Below are positions 51,418 through 60,768 of a stretch of DNA of 64,000 nt, one piece after another. Every line of letters begins with the position of its first letter. Positions within the stretch are counted from its first letter, which is position 1. The position numbers and the translations under genes were made by a program. Origin of the DNA: Longimicrobiales bacterium. GTDB taxonomy: Bacteria > Gemmatimonadota > Gemmatimonadetes > Longimicrobiales > Gaopeijiaceae. The stretch spans positions 1,024,001-1,088,000 of the forward strand of contig CBDCNQ010000004.1 of the NCBI GenBank assembly GCA_965219445.1. The letters are read 5' to 3'. The notes under the pieces were generated by a model, which worked only from the letters and a program-made list of their open reading frames with translations, had not been told where the DNA came from and did no database searches.

Positions 51418-52470
51418 CTACGGACGCACCCGTATGTACTTTCGGAGCTGCCGCGGCCGAGGTTCCCCTCCGTACATGTTACCCTCACGATCCACCGCGA
51501 TGAACTCCGCCCCGTTCCCTGACGTGTCGCGGGGATCCGCCCAGGGGAAGCGGATGAACTCCGTCACCCAACCCGTCTCGATCTCCCCGATCCGAATCCC
51601 CATTTCCCAGCCCGGGTTCTGCACGTCGTCGGATTCGGAGTCCGCCACGTAGATCTGCCCGTTGTTGTCGAAGGCGATTCCGCTGGGGCGCCCGAACTGG
51701 GTCCAGGTCGCGATGTGATTCCCCTGCTGGTCGAAGATCTGAATGCGGCTGTTGCTCCGATCTCCCACGAAGACCCGCCCGCTCGCGTCGATGTCGATGG
51801 CGTGGAGCGTACGGAACTCGCCCGGGCCGTACCCGGTCTGTCCCCAGGACATGAGGAATTCCCCCCGGCGGTTGAACTTTACCACACGGTTGTTGCCGGT
51901 ATTGCCGTGGCCATCCGCGACGAAGATATCCCCGTTTTGGGCAATGGCGACGTCGCTCGGGGACGTAAAGTGATCCGTGCCACCCCCCTCCTCTCCGCCC
52001 GTACCCAGCGTCATGAGCACATCGCCGGTTGGGCTGAACTTGATGACCTGGTGGCCCCGCTTGTCACCTGCGGGAATATTCCCCGAGCTCACGCCGTCCG
52101 TGACCCACACATTGCCATCAGAATCTACGTCGATGCCGTGCGGCCAGATGAACATCCCGCCTCCGAAGCTCTCCACCACGTTGCCGTCGGGATCGAATTT
52201 GATGGCCACGTCCAGATCGGAGTCGCGGCACTCGGTCCCGAACCTGTCGCCCCCCGCATCGCAGCGGACGACCGCCCAGATATGCCTTCCATCCGGATCG
52301 ACGGTAGCCTTGCCCACGGCCCCCATCTCTCTTCCACCCGGCAGCTTCGCCCAGCCGTCAACGATCGCGTACGCATTCGAGGAGTTCTGAGCGACGGCCT
52401 GTTCGGTCGAAGCAATCAGAGCGATGGCGAGCAACGTGGCAAGCCACACAACGGATCTGGGAATCGACAT
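51418..52470 (-). CDS. Secreted NHL-repeat protein (PAL-like beta propeller)
   Basis: WPHGIDVD.DGNVWVTD, PSDVA...IFVADG and VGDRSNSRIQIFD. Confidence 0.85.
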   Translation of the reverse strand: MSIPRSVVWLATLLAIALIASTEQAVAQNSSNAYAIVDGWAKLPGGREMGAVGKATVDPDGRHIWAVVRCDAGGDRFGTECRDSDLDVAIKFDPDGNVVESFGGGMFIWPHGIDVDSDGNVWVTDGVSSGNIPAGDKRGHQVIKFSPTGDVLMTLGTGGEEGGGTDHFTSPSDVAIAQNGDIFVADGHGNTGNNRVVKFNRRGEFLMSWGQTGYGPGEFRTLHAIDIDASGRVFVGDRSNSRIQIFDQQGNHIATWTQFGRPSGIAFDNNGQIYVADSESDDVQNPGWEMGIRIGEIETGWVTEFIRFPWADPRDTSGNGAEFIAVDREGNMYGGEPRPRQLRKYIRVRP

Positions 52471-52680
52471 GATGTCACCTCACTTCGGCGGGGTCCAAGA
52501 GACCCTGGTCAAGGAGCGTTTACGCGCGTCAGCATCACGCGTGCGCAAAAGAGAAGCCCCGCAGGACTCCTCGCTAGGGGGGAACCGTACGCGTCGGGGT
52601 TTTCCGGGGCAAGGGGTGGAAGAGGTTGTCCGGATTGGGGGCCTCGATCACCTTTCTTGCATCAGGTGATCAGGGCGCGA

Positions 52681-53289
52681 TCACGCTTCGCGACCACCAC
52701 TCTTGCTACCTGGTGACGTGGGGTTCGGCGGCGGCGGAGGTTCATTTCGCAAATCGTATATCCAGGGCCGCCTGTTCCGATCGTGGTTCCGAAACGCCAC
52801 AACATTCTCACTGTGCTGACTTAGTTCATCCAGGTCGCTCAAACCCTGTAACAGCTTGGTGCGCGCACGAGCATCTATGCTGAAGGAAATGGGGTCCATA
52901 CCTGGGACCTCGATCACCTCCCTTTCCAGGTCGACCGTCACTTCCACCCCGGGATTCGCCCCGACTCGGTCGGATATCTCCTTGATCACCTCTTCGCCCA
53001 GAGTCACCGGCAACATGCCGAAGGTCAAGCAGCTGCTGTAAAACGCCGTTCCGAAGTCGGGCGCGATAACCGCTCGAATGCCATAGGCCATGAGCCGGAA
53101 AACCTCAGACTCCGGCACTGCGCCGGTGCCGAAGCTCTCGCCAGCGAGCAGGATCGAAGCATCGTCGTAAGGCTCCTGATCGAGGCCGAAGTCCCCGTCT
53201 TCCGAGCCGTCCGGTAGAAGCGGCGCCGCTGTGCCGGTATGCCGCACAAAGCGTGGACCACTTCCTCCTGGGACCATCGGTAACTTCAC
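52681..53289 (-). CDS. LeuD-like (aconitase swivel domain) small subunit 1, with N-terminal internal deletion
   Basis: GGAGG RBS plus GTG; ASILLAGESFGTG, GIRAVIAPDFG and VDLEREVI; lacks the segment between AAPL and PDGSE. Confidence 0.7.
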   Translation of the reverse strand: MKLPMVPGGSGPRFVRHTGTAAPLLPDGSEDGDFGLDQEPYDDASILLAGESFGTGAVPESEVFRLMAYGIRAVIAPDFGTAFYSSCLTFGMLPVTLGEEVIKEISDRVGANPGVEVTVDLEREVIEVPGMDPISFSIDARARTKLLQGLSDLDELSQHSENVVAFRNHDRNRRPWIYDLRNEPPPPPNPTSPGSKSGGREA

Positions 53290-53353
53290 ACCGGTCCTCC
53301 TTGCGTCAGCGCCGAACGTCGACGACGAGCGCCTCCGGCGGGCTCGAATACTC

Positions 53354-53383
53354 ATTCTGGCGGGGGTAACGAGCAGCTGTCAA
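53354..53383 (-). promoter_or_regulatory. Putative sigma70 promoter, duplicated at 59491-59520
   Basis: TTGACA-18-CAGAAT on the minus strand. Confidence 0.55.
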
Positions 53384-53388
53384 GATAG

Positions 53389-53970
53389 TCAGTGGGGTTC
53401 CGGCCTTTCATCGTTTATTGGCCGGGGAGAGGCGATCGCCTCTCCCAAGAGACGATCGATCGTGCCGTCGGACAGGAGCTCGGGGTGAAGCGAGTGAGCC
53501 AGGCGGGCTCGGATCTCCATTCGGAGCTCCCGGGTGTTCTCGTCCGGCCTTCCCTGCTCCTTCAGTTGCTCGAACACGTCGACGACGGTCTCGGAAAGCA
53601 GCGTCTGTGCCCTCTCAAGCGACACGTCCCCGTCCACGGTGGGTTGCCTTCGCCCTTTCAGCACCCGGAGGTGCCTGTCGAACTCATAGCCCCCTTCGTC
53701 GAGGGTCGTCTCGACCGCTTGAGCGGTCTGTCGAACGGTCGTAAGCCGTTCCAACACCGTGTCGAGCGCGCTTCCCGCCTCGTCATCCTCGGCCGGCACC
53801 TCCTTGGACGCCCACCAGGATGCGATCCGACGAAGCTCGGCGATTCGCGCATCGATCTCCTCCGAGGTTCCCCACCGGAGCAAGAAGGCGTGGTGCTCCC
53901 GCAGGGTGGCGCCCACGTCTTGCACGCCGGCCGCTGCGCCTTGCTCCGCCTCATCGTTTCGGCGTGTCAT
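53389..53970 (-). CDS. Hypothetical protein
   Basis: 193-aa ORF with GGGGAG RBS and host-like codon pattern. Confidence 0.55.
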   Translation of the reverse strand: MTRRNDEAEQGAAAGVQDVGATLREHHAFLLRWGTSEEIDARIAELRRIASWWASKEVPAEDDEAGSALDTVLERLTTVRQTAQAVETTLDEGGYEFDRHLRVLKGRRQPTVDGDVSLERAQTLLSETVVDVFEQLKEQGRPDENTRELRMEIRARLAHSLHPELLSDGTIDRLLGEAIASPRPINDERPEPH

Positions 53971-54257
53971 CTCCCCTTTTCCTCCACCTCTGCCATCATC
54001 GACCGCCCCAACTTCCCGAGGGCGTCGGGCCTCCCGTCAAGCATGTATCTGTCGGTCGGCACCGGCAACCCCAACTGGGGCCGCCCCCGATCCCGAAAGG
54101 GGCGCGGTGCTGCCTTCGACGAGCACTCCGAAATCCTCGAAAGAGCCCGGCTGGCTCGCTTGTCCCCCCGAAGGGCCCTCAGTACCTTGTCGCTACCCAT
54201 GGGCTTCAGATCTTCCATCCGTCGCCCTCGCGACCCCGAGATCATCCGTCCGGCTCC

Positions 54258-56159
54258 ATGAAGCACTCCTACCGCATCGTACTCGGCGTCTGCGCGCTGC
54301 TCGCGGTCGGCGCGGGGCTTCTTTGGAGCCCAGACGTGGACGAGGACCTGAGGGAGAACCTTCCGGAGCAGACGATGGGGGAAGGGTTCACGACCTCGGT
54401 CACGTGCCAAACGTGCCATCCGGCTCAGTACGACGCCTGGCACCGTTCCTACCATCGGACCATGACCCAGGCGGTTACGCCTTCCACGGTGCTGGGAACG
54501 TTCGACGACGTCGTCCTCGAGGACCGCGGCTACCGGTGGCGCCTCGAGCGCCGGGGCGACGAGTTCTGGGTCGAGATGCCGGACCCGCTCTGGTTCAATC
54601 AACCACCGGGGTTCATGCAGCGTTGGCCCGAGAGCCCACCGCGCTTCGAGGCCCGGGTGGTGATGACCACTGGCTCCCACCACATGCAGAACTACTGGAT
54701 ACGCCGACCGGAGGAGGCCGAAGGCCCTCTCGGGCCCGACAATGGCGCACTCGTCCAGGTCCCATGGGTCTGGCTGATTCCCGAGGGGAGATGGATCCCC
54801 AACCAGGATTCGTTTCTCAGGCCATCGAGCTCCTCCGTCCAGGGAGCGACACCCTGGAACGGTACCTGCTCCCAGTGCCACTCGGTAGGGACCGAGCCTC
54901 GGGCTCTGGAGTACCTCGGCCGCTTTGACACCCGGACGGTGGAGCTGGGCATCGCGTGCGAGGCCTGCCACGGTCCGGCCGAGGAGCACGTCCGTTTCTA
55001 TCAGTCGCCGGTGAGGCGTTATCTCCGGTATTTTCGCCAGTGGCAGGATCCGGACGCCCGCGATCCGACCATCGTCAACCCCGAGAAGCTCGAGCCCCGC
55101 CGCTCCGTGGAGACGTGCGCTCAATGCCACAGTTTCGGAGAGTGGACGGATCAGCAGGCGTACGGGAGGAATGGGGTGCCGTTCCGAGCCGGAGACGAAC
55201 TGGACGAGTACAGGTCCGTGTTCCGCTACACGGATGACCCCGAAGATCCGCTACTGCCGGAGATGCTAGGGAGCGATCCCCTCGCCCTAGAGGGCAATTT
55301 CTGGCCCGACGGAACGATTCGGGTGGCGGGTCGGGAGTACAACGGCCTCCTCGAAGACGCCCATCTCCAAGCGAGCGAGCTGACGTGCCTTTCGTGCCAT
55401 TCGATGCACGAGTACGAGGCCCCGGACACCCAGCTCGATCCCGAGGTGGCTGGAGACCGATCGTGCCTGAACTGCCACGCGGACTTCGCCGACCAGATCT
55501 CGGAGCACACCCGACACCTTCCCGAGTCTTCGGGCAGCGAGTGCATGAACTGTCACATGCCACACACCACGTACGGCCTCTTTTCAGCCATGCGGAGCCA
55601 CCGGATCGACAATCCTAGCGTTCAGGTCTCGGTGGAGAGCGGGCGTCCCAACGCGTGCAACCTCTGTCACCTCGACCAGACTCTGGAGTGGTCGAGTCGG
55701 TATCTGACGGAGTGGTACGGCCAGCCCCTTGTGGAGCTGGACGAGGACGAGCGATCCATCGCCGCCTCAATCCTCTGGACTCTGAAGGGTAATGCGGCCC
55801 AGCGCACGATCCTCGCCTGGCACCTGGGCTGGGACGCGGCTCGGGAGGCGTCGGGCGGTACCTGGATGGCCGCGTATCTAGCGCAGCTCCTCACGGATTC
55901 GTATTCGGCGACCCGGCAGGTGGCCTATCGATCGATCGTCGAACTCCCCGGGTTCGAAGCGTTCGAATACGATTATGTGGCCCTCCGTTCGGAGCTCGAG
56001 GAAAAGGCTACCGAGGCAACGGAGCGCTGGCTCGGATTCGGCGGGCCGGATCAGGCCAGGCCTCATCTTCTCATCGCCGCAAACAGCGAGATCGACGTCT
56101 CCGAGTGGCTCCGACTACTCGCGGAGCGGGACCAGCGGCCCCTGGCAATCATCGAATGA
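54258..56159 (+). CDS. Octaheme cytochrome c with N-terminal membrane anchor
   Basis: Eight CxxCH motifs: CQTCH, CSQCH, CEACH, CAQCH, CLSCH, CLNCH, CMNCH and CNLCH. Confidence 0.88.
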   Translation: MKHSYRIVLGVCALLAVGAGLLWSPDVDEDLRENLPEQTMGEGFTTSVTCQTCHPAQYDAWHRSYHRTMTQAVTPSTVLGTFDDVVLEDRGYRWRLERRGDEFWVEMPDPLWFNQPPGFMQRWPESPPRFEARVVMTTGSHHMQNYWIRRPEEAEGPLGPDNGALVQVPWVWLIPEGRWIPNQDSFLRPSSSSVQGATPWNGTCSQCHSVGTEPRALEYLGRFDTRTVELGIACEACHGPAEEHVRFYQSPVRRYLRYFRQWQDPDARDPTIVNPEKLEPRRSVETCAQCHSFGEWTDQQAYGRNGVPFRAGDELDEYRSVFRYTDDPEDPLLPEMLGSDPLALEGNFWPDGTIRVAGREYNGLLEDAHLQASELTCLSCHSMHEYEAPDTQLDPEVAGDRSCLNCHADFADQISEHTRHLPESSGSECMNCHMPHTTYGLFSAMRSHRIDNPSVQVSVESGRPNACNLCHLDQTLEWSSRYLTEWYGQPLVELDEDERSIAASILWTLKGNAAQRTILAWHLGWDAAREASGGTWMAAYLAQLLTDSYSATRQVAYRSIVELPGFEAFEYDYVALRSELEEKATEATERWLGFGGPDQARPHLLIAANSEIDVSEWLRLLAERDQRPLAIIE

Positions 56160-56208
56160 GCGGCCGGCCCGGTGACCCGCAGGACAGGCAAAAGGCCGTT
56201 GAAGTGCC

Positions 56209-56919
56209 TCAGGGAGGATCTCGGTCACCACGAGTGTCATAGATCCAAGGCCGTAGGATCCGATCTTTGCTCCTCATCTCCGCCGCACTGTCGCTGTGCT
56301 GAAGCCGTTCATCCAGGGTGACGTCCGAGCCCCGAAGCAGATTCACGCGCCGTCTGGAGTCAATCTGGAAGGGAATGGGCCCCATACCCGGGCGCTCGAT
56401 CGCCTGTCTCACGAGGTCGACCGTCATTTCCACTTCTGGATTCGCCCTGACCCCGTCAGCGATCCTTCCGACCACCTCTTCGCCGAGAGTCACCGGCAAC
56501 AGACCGTAGTCAAAGCAGTCATCATAGAACACCGTTCCGAAGCTGGGCGCGATGACCGCTCGCATGCCGCACTGCATGAGCCGGATGACCGCAAACGCCT
56601 GTAGGCTGCCACGGCCGAAGTCCCGACCAGCGAGCAGGATCGAAGCATCGCGATAAGGCTCTTGATTGAGGACGAAATTCGGATCTTCCGATCCGTCGGG
56701 TCGATATCGGAAGCCATGAAAGGCGTGTTGCCCGGCCCATGAACCGTCGTGGGTGTGCGGCTCGAGCTCTGCCGCGCCTGGGTCTATATGCACGGCGTGA
56801 AGGTCGTGAAGCTCGGGGCCCACTGGGGCGATGTACTCGCCTTCGATGTCGCGTTGCAGGAAAGGCGCCGCGATGCCGGTATGCCGCACGAACTGGGGGG
56901 CGGTTCGAAAGATGGTCAC
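56209..56919 (-). CDS. LeuD-like small subunit 2
   Basis: FVRHTGIAAPF, FVLNQEPY, ILLAGRDFGRGS and VIAPSFGTVFY. Confidence 0.8.
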   Translation of the reverse strand: MTIFRTAPQFVRHTGIAAPFLQRDIEGEYIAPVGPELHDLHAVHIDPGAAELEPHTHDGSWAGQHAFHGFRYRPDGSEDPNFVLNQEPYRDASILLAGRDFGRGSLQAFAVIRLMQCGMRAVIAPSFGTVFYDDCFDYGLLPVTLGEEVVGRIADGVRANPEVEMTVDLVRQAIERPGMGPIPFQIDSRRRVNLLRGSDVTLDERLQHSDSAAEMRSKDRILRPWIYDTRGDRDPP

Positions 56920-56973
56920 GACTCCTCGAGCGTTTCCTCCGGGAGCGAACTCCGGCTACTACCTTGGCACGAC

Positions 56974-56990
56974 TGACAGTTTGCTGTCAA
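56974..56990 (-). promoter_or_regulatory. Palindrome TGACAG-N4-CTGTCA overlapping a TTGACA -35 box
   Basis: Visible about 55 bp upstream of LeuD-like 2. Confidence 0.45.
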
Positions 56991-57042
56991 TTCAGCCTCC
57001 CGAGCCGGGCAAGGTAGGCGAGCTGCTGGCTCATCCCACGCG

Positions 57043-57075
57043 AAGAAAAGAAGAGGGGCCCCCAGGGGCCCCTCT
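57043..57075 (-). terminator. Rho-independent terminator after LeuD-like 3
   Basis: AGAGGGGCCC/GGGCCCCTCT stem with a T-rich tail on the minus strand. Confidence 0.7.
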
Positions 57076-57102
57076 CGCTGCCCAGCACCGTTCCCTCAGG
57101 CC

Positions 57103-57789
57103 TCAGCGGCCAGCGCTACGATAATCATAGACCCAGGGACGCTCTCTCTCGTCCTCCGCTCTCTTCGTCCTGGCCGCCGGCAGGTGTGGATTGATTTCTT
57201 CCAGGTCGTCGATAGCGGTCAACAGCTTGTTGCGCGTTCTGGCTTCGGTCTGGAAGGGAATGGGCTCCACGCCGGGCATCTCGATCACCTGCCTTTCCAG
57301 ATCCACCGCCATCGGTATTCCCGGGTTTGCCCGGACCCAGTCCGCGATCCTATCGACCGTCGGCCTGGGAAGCTGCACCGTCAACACGCCGTACTGCATC
57401 GCGTTGGTCAAGAAGATCGGTCCGAAGCTTTGGCCGATGTATACTCGTACTCCCCACGCTGCCAGGGGCCGCGTGATCGCGCCCGAGCGCGAGCTGCCAG
57501 TGCCATAATTCAGACCAACGATCATGATCGAGGCACTGCGATACTGCTCTTGATTGAAAACGAAGTCCGGCCTTTCCGATCCGTCAGCAAAGTACCGGAT
57601 GTTGGCGAAGGCGAGCTCGGACGGGGTATCTATACCCACGCCGGCGAGGCCAGTCGCTGCACCCCCCGGACTGGAGACGTCCGTGCTCACGTTGTTAAAC
57701 ATGAAGGGTGCCGCCAAGCCGACGTGCCGTACGAAGCGTTGGCCTCCTCTTCGCGGACCTGTCTGCTGGTTAGCTTGTTGCATAGTCAT
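57103..57789 (-). CDS. LeuD-like small subunit 3
   Basis: NVSTD, NYGTGSSRS, SFGPIF..N and VDLERQVI; directly downstream of the large subunit. Confidence 0.82.
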   Translation of the reverse strand: MTMQQANQQTGPRRGGQRFVRHVGLAAPFMFNNVSTDVSSPGGAATGLAGVGIDTPSELAFANIRYFADGSERPDFVFNQEQYRSASIMIVGLNYGTGSSRSGAITRPLAAWGVRVYIGQSFGPIFLTNAMQYGVLTVQLPRPTVDRIADWVRANPGIPMAVDLERQVIEMPGVEPIPFQTEARTRNKLLTAIDDLEEINPHLPAARTKRAEDERERPWVYDYRSAGR

Positions 57790-57809
57790 TTCCTCTACAG
57801 GCCTCTCCT

Positions 57810-59306
57810 CTACAGGTAGGTTCGCACGTCGGCGACGTAACCGGCGATGGCCGAAGCGGCTACCGTGCTCGTGCTGGCCAGAATGGTGTTGGTGCCTCCG
57901 CCCTGGCGACCGATGTAGTTGCGATTGGAGTTCGACACGCAGCGGTTACCCCGCGTTACATAGTCGCCGTTCGAGCCGTAGCACTTCGAGCAGCTGGGCT
58001 CACGCCACTCCCATCCCGCCTCCCTGAAGATGCGGTCCAGGCCCTCCGCCTCTGCCTGACGCTTGACTGGCTGTGACCCTGGAACGACCCACGCGGACTG
58101 GATGTTCGATGCGACCCGGCGTCCGCGGACCACTTCGGCCGCGGCGCGAATATCACTGATTCGATTCTCGGCGCAGGATCCGATGAACACTTCGTCGATC
58201 GGCGTTCCCAGAATGGGCTCACCCGGGGTGAGGCGGCTGTACTCAATGGCCTGCCGCAACGTCGCCCGCTTCTCCGCGGGCGCATCGTCGGGATCGGGAA
58301 TCCGGTCGTTGATCCCTATGGCGTGCTCGGGATTGATGCCCCACGTGACCTGCGGCTCCACCCCAGTCATGTCGATCGTCTCTTCCCGGTCGAACACCGC
58401 AGCCTCGTCGGTGGGCAGGCCTCGCCAGAACCTCACGGCCTGATCCCAGTAGCGGTCCGCGGGGGCGAACTCCCGGCCCGCCAACCACTCGAACGTCGTG
58501 TCGTCGGGACCCACCATTCCCGTCAGAGAAGCCATCTCTATGGCGAGATTGCAGATCGTGAACCGGGCCTCCTGCGGAAGGGCCCGCACGACGGGACCGG
58601 CGTACTCCACCGCGTAGCCGGAGCCCGAGTCCGTACCGAGCTGGGAGATGATACGAAGGATGATATCCTTCGATCTGAGCCCGGGGCCGAGCCTGCCCAC
58701 GACGTTGACCCGCATGGTCATCGGACGGAGCCGGATGACGGTCCCCGTGCGGAGAATGTTGGTTGAGCTTTCACCTCCCCAGGAGATCAAGCCCATCGCC
58801 CCGTGCGTGCAGGTGTGGCTGTCGCCGGCACAGAGCACCATGCCCGGCTGGCTCAACCCGGTCTCGGGGCCGATGATGTGCTGGATGCCGTGTCTGGGAT
58901 CGAACTGGCCGAACGTGTTGAAGCCCAACTCCCTCATCAACTCGGCATGCTCCTCGTACGCCTGCCAGCCCCTACCCAGCGAGCGGTCCGTATACCTGTT
59001 CGGTGACGTGGAAACCCCATGGTCGGGCACGGAAAAGAAGATCTCGGGATTCGCGACCTCGACACCCTCCGCGCGCAGATCCAACACCTGATCGGGACTA
59101 CCACCGATACACCGGTCGACCTGGAGCAGATCGGTGCGGCCGCCGAGGTTAGTCACCACGTGCGCATCCCAGATCCTGTCGAACAGGGTCGTCGCCACTT
59201 GCTGGCGTTCTCGTGACGCTGACTGACCGTCGCGATCCGCGAAGGGATTGGTCGACACCGCGAACCCTGCCCCTACAGACGTCTTGATGAAGTTCCTTCT
59301 TTTCAT
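57810..59306 (-). CDS. LeuC-like aconitase-family [4Fe-4S] large subunit with Tat-like N-terminus
   Basis: TLFDRIWDAH, PDH, GIQHI, GDSHTCTHGA, FIGSC, PSCSKC and SNRNYIGRQG; N-terminal KRRNFIK. Confidence 0.88.
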   Translation of the reverse strand: MKRRNFIKTSVGAGFAVSTNPFADRDGQSASRERQQVATTLFDRIWDAHVVTNLGGRTDLLQVDRCIGGSPDQVLDLRAEGVEVANPEIFFSVPDHGVSTSPNRYTDRSLGRGWQAYEEHAELMRELGFNTFGQFDPRHGIQHIIGPETGLSQPGMVLCAGDSHTCTHGAMGLISWGGESSTNILRTGTVIRLRPMTMRVNVVGRLGPGLRSKDIILRIISQLGTDSGSGYAVEYAGPVVRALPQEARFTICNLAIEMASLTGMVGPDDTTFEWLAGREFAPADRYWDQAVRFWRGLPTDEAAVFDREETIDMTGVEPQVTWGINPEHAIGINDRIPDPDDAPAEKRATLRQAIEYSRLTPGEPILGTPIDEVFIGSCAENRISDIRAAAEVVRGRRVASNIQSAWVVPGSQPVKRQAEAEGLDRIFREAGWEWREPSCSKCYGSNGDYVTRGNRCVSNSNRNYIGRQGGGTNTILASTSTVAASAIAGYVADVRTYL

Positions 59307-59389
59307 GACGTTTCCCTCCTCAAAAGCCTCTTTAGATCGCGATCATGCTTCTCGACCACCGCTCTTGCCACCTTGAGCCAGGTCGTTCA

Positions 59390-59520
59390 TACCCTGTTAA
59401 TAGCTTGTTGCGCTGTCTGAGATCCATCGTGAAGGAAATAGACTCCATGCCGGGGCGCTCGATCACCTTGCGCAGCGGGCTCCGCAACTCATTCTGGCGG
59501 GGGTAAGCACCCGCTGTCAA
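59390..59520 (-). pseudogene. Fourth LeuD-like relic with its duplicated promoter
   Basis: KVIERPGMESISFTMDLRQRNKLLTG matches the LeuD-like C-termini; the upstream 70 bp is similar to 53341-53410. Confidence 0.65.
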
Positions 59521-59751
59521 GATGACCCGATGGGGTTCCAGCCCTTCCTCCCTTTGGGACTGGGTTACCCCGGGGGTACGAGAGCGAGAGCCCTTTGGCC
59601 CTTGCCGGATCTAAGGCCGTTCCCTACCGTCCGTGCAACTTCAAAACGCTGAGATCGGGGAGGCTCGGCCCGTCCCCCACCTCTCCCAAGAGGCGTTCGC
59701 CCACAAGAGGTTATCGCCCACTCAGCTCCAACTCGAGATCCCAGGGTTAAA

Positions 59752-60768
59752 GTGTCGATATCCATTGAAGCAGCAGGATCCACCGAAACAGCAGGATTCC
59801 AACTCCTCAGAGAGGTGGAAGAATCCGTCGACCGGAGAGTCGTCGGACAGAAAGACACCCTGAAAGGGCTTCTGATCGCGTTCCTCACCGGTGGACACGT
59901 CCTTCTGGAGGGGTTCCCCGGAGTGGCGAAAACTCTGCTCGTCCGATCTCTCGCCGGGGCCCTACACACCTCATTCGGACGGATTCAATTCACGCCAGAT
60001 CTCCTTCCCGGGGACGTGGTGGGGGCCCCGGTCTATCATCAAGCGACGGGCGAGTTCGTCGTCCACAAGGGACCGGTGTTCACAAATCTGTTGCTGGCTG
60101 ACGAAATCAACCGGGCCCCGCCGAAGGTTCAGTCCGCCCTCCTGGAAGCGATGGAGGAGGGGAATGTCACGATCGACGGGACGACGTACGCCCTTCCGCA
60201 CCCTTTTTTCGTTCTCGCCACCCAGAATCCAATCGAACAGCACGGCACGTATATGCTCGCCGAAGCCCAGATCGATCGGTTTATGATGAAGCTGCGAATG
60301 GGTTATCCCGAGCGGGAGCAGGAACGGGAGATCATCGAGCGCATCGCCCTGAGCCCGGCCGAATCACCCGACGCCCCGGCCACCGACATGAGTGATCATG
60401 GGACTCGGGGCGCGTCACAGATCCTGGAGGCTCGGGCCGAACTCGACGGCGTGAACGTCGACCAGAAGATCCAGGAGTACGTCGTTGATCTGGTGTTCGC
60501 GACCCGGGATCCTGCTGACGCGGGTCTGTCGGACTTCGTGCCCTTACTCGAGTTCGGCGGTTCACCGCGGGCCTCCATCTTTCTAACCCGGGCAGCGCGG
60601 GCGCACGCATATCTCGCGGGTAGGGACTTCGTGCTCCCCGACGACGTGAAGGGTGTGGCTCACCCCGTCCTCCGGCATCGCCTGCGGACGACCTACGAGG
60701 CGGACGCTCAAGGAATCGACCCCGACGAGCTGATCGACCGGCTCCTGGCCGCGGTGCCTGCGCCCTAG
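59752..60768 (+). CDS. moxR: MoxR-family AAA+ ATPase
   Basis: GHVLLEGFPGVAKT, RIQFTPDLLPGD, LADEINRA, ATQNPIE and DRF. Confidence 0.93.
   Translation: MSISIEAAGSTETAGFQLLREVEESVDRRVVGQKDTLKGLLIAFLTGGHVLLEGFPGVAKTLLVRSLAGALHTSFGRIQFTPDLLPGDVVGAPVYHQATGEFVVHKGPVFTNLLLADEINRAPPKVQSALLEAMEEGNVTIDGTTYALPHPFFVLATQNPIEQHGTYMLAEAQIDRFMMKLRMGYPEREQEREIIERIALSPAESPDAPATDMSDHGTRGASQILEARAELDGVNVDQKIQEYVVDLVFATRDPADAGLSDFVPLLEFGGSPRASIFLTRAARAHAYLAGRDFVLPDDVKGVAHPVLRHRLRTTYEADAQGIDPDELIDRLLAAVPAP

Noticed and set aside
53820..54257. N-terminal extension of the cytochrome ORF
   Set aside because: Low-complexity R/P-rich translation overlapping an opposite-strand gene; the signal anchor begins at ATG 54258.
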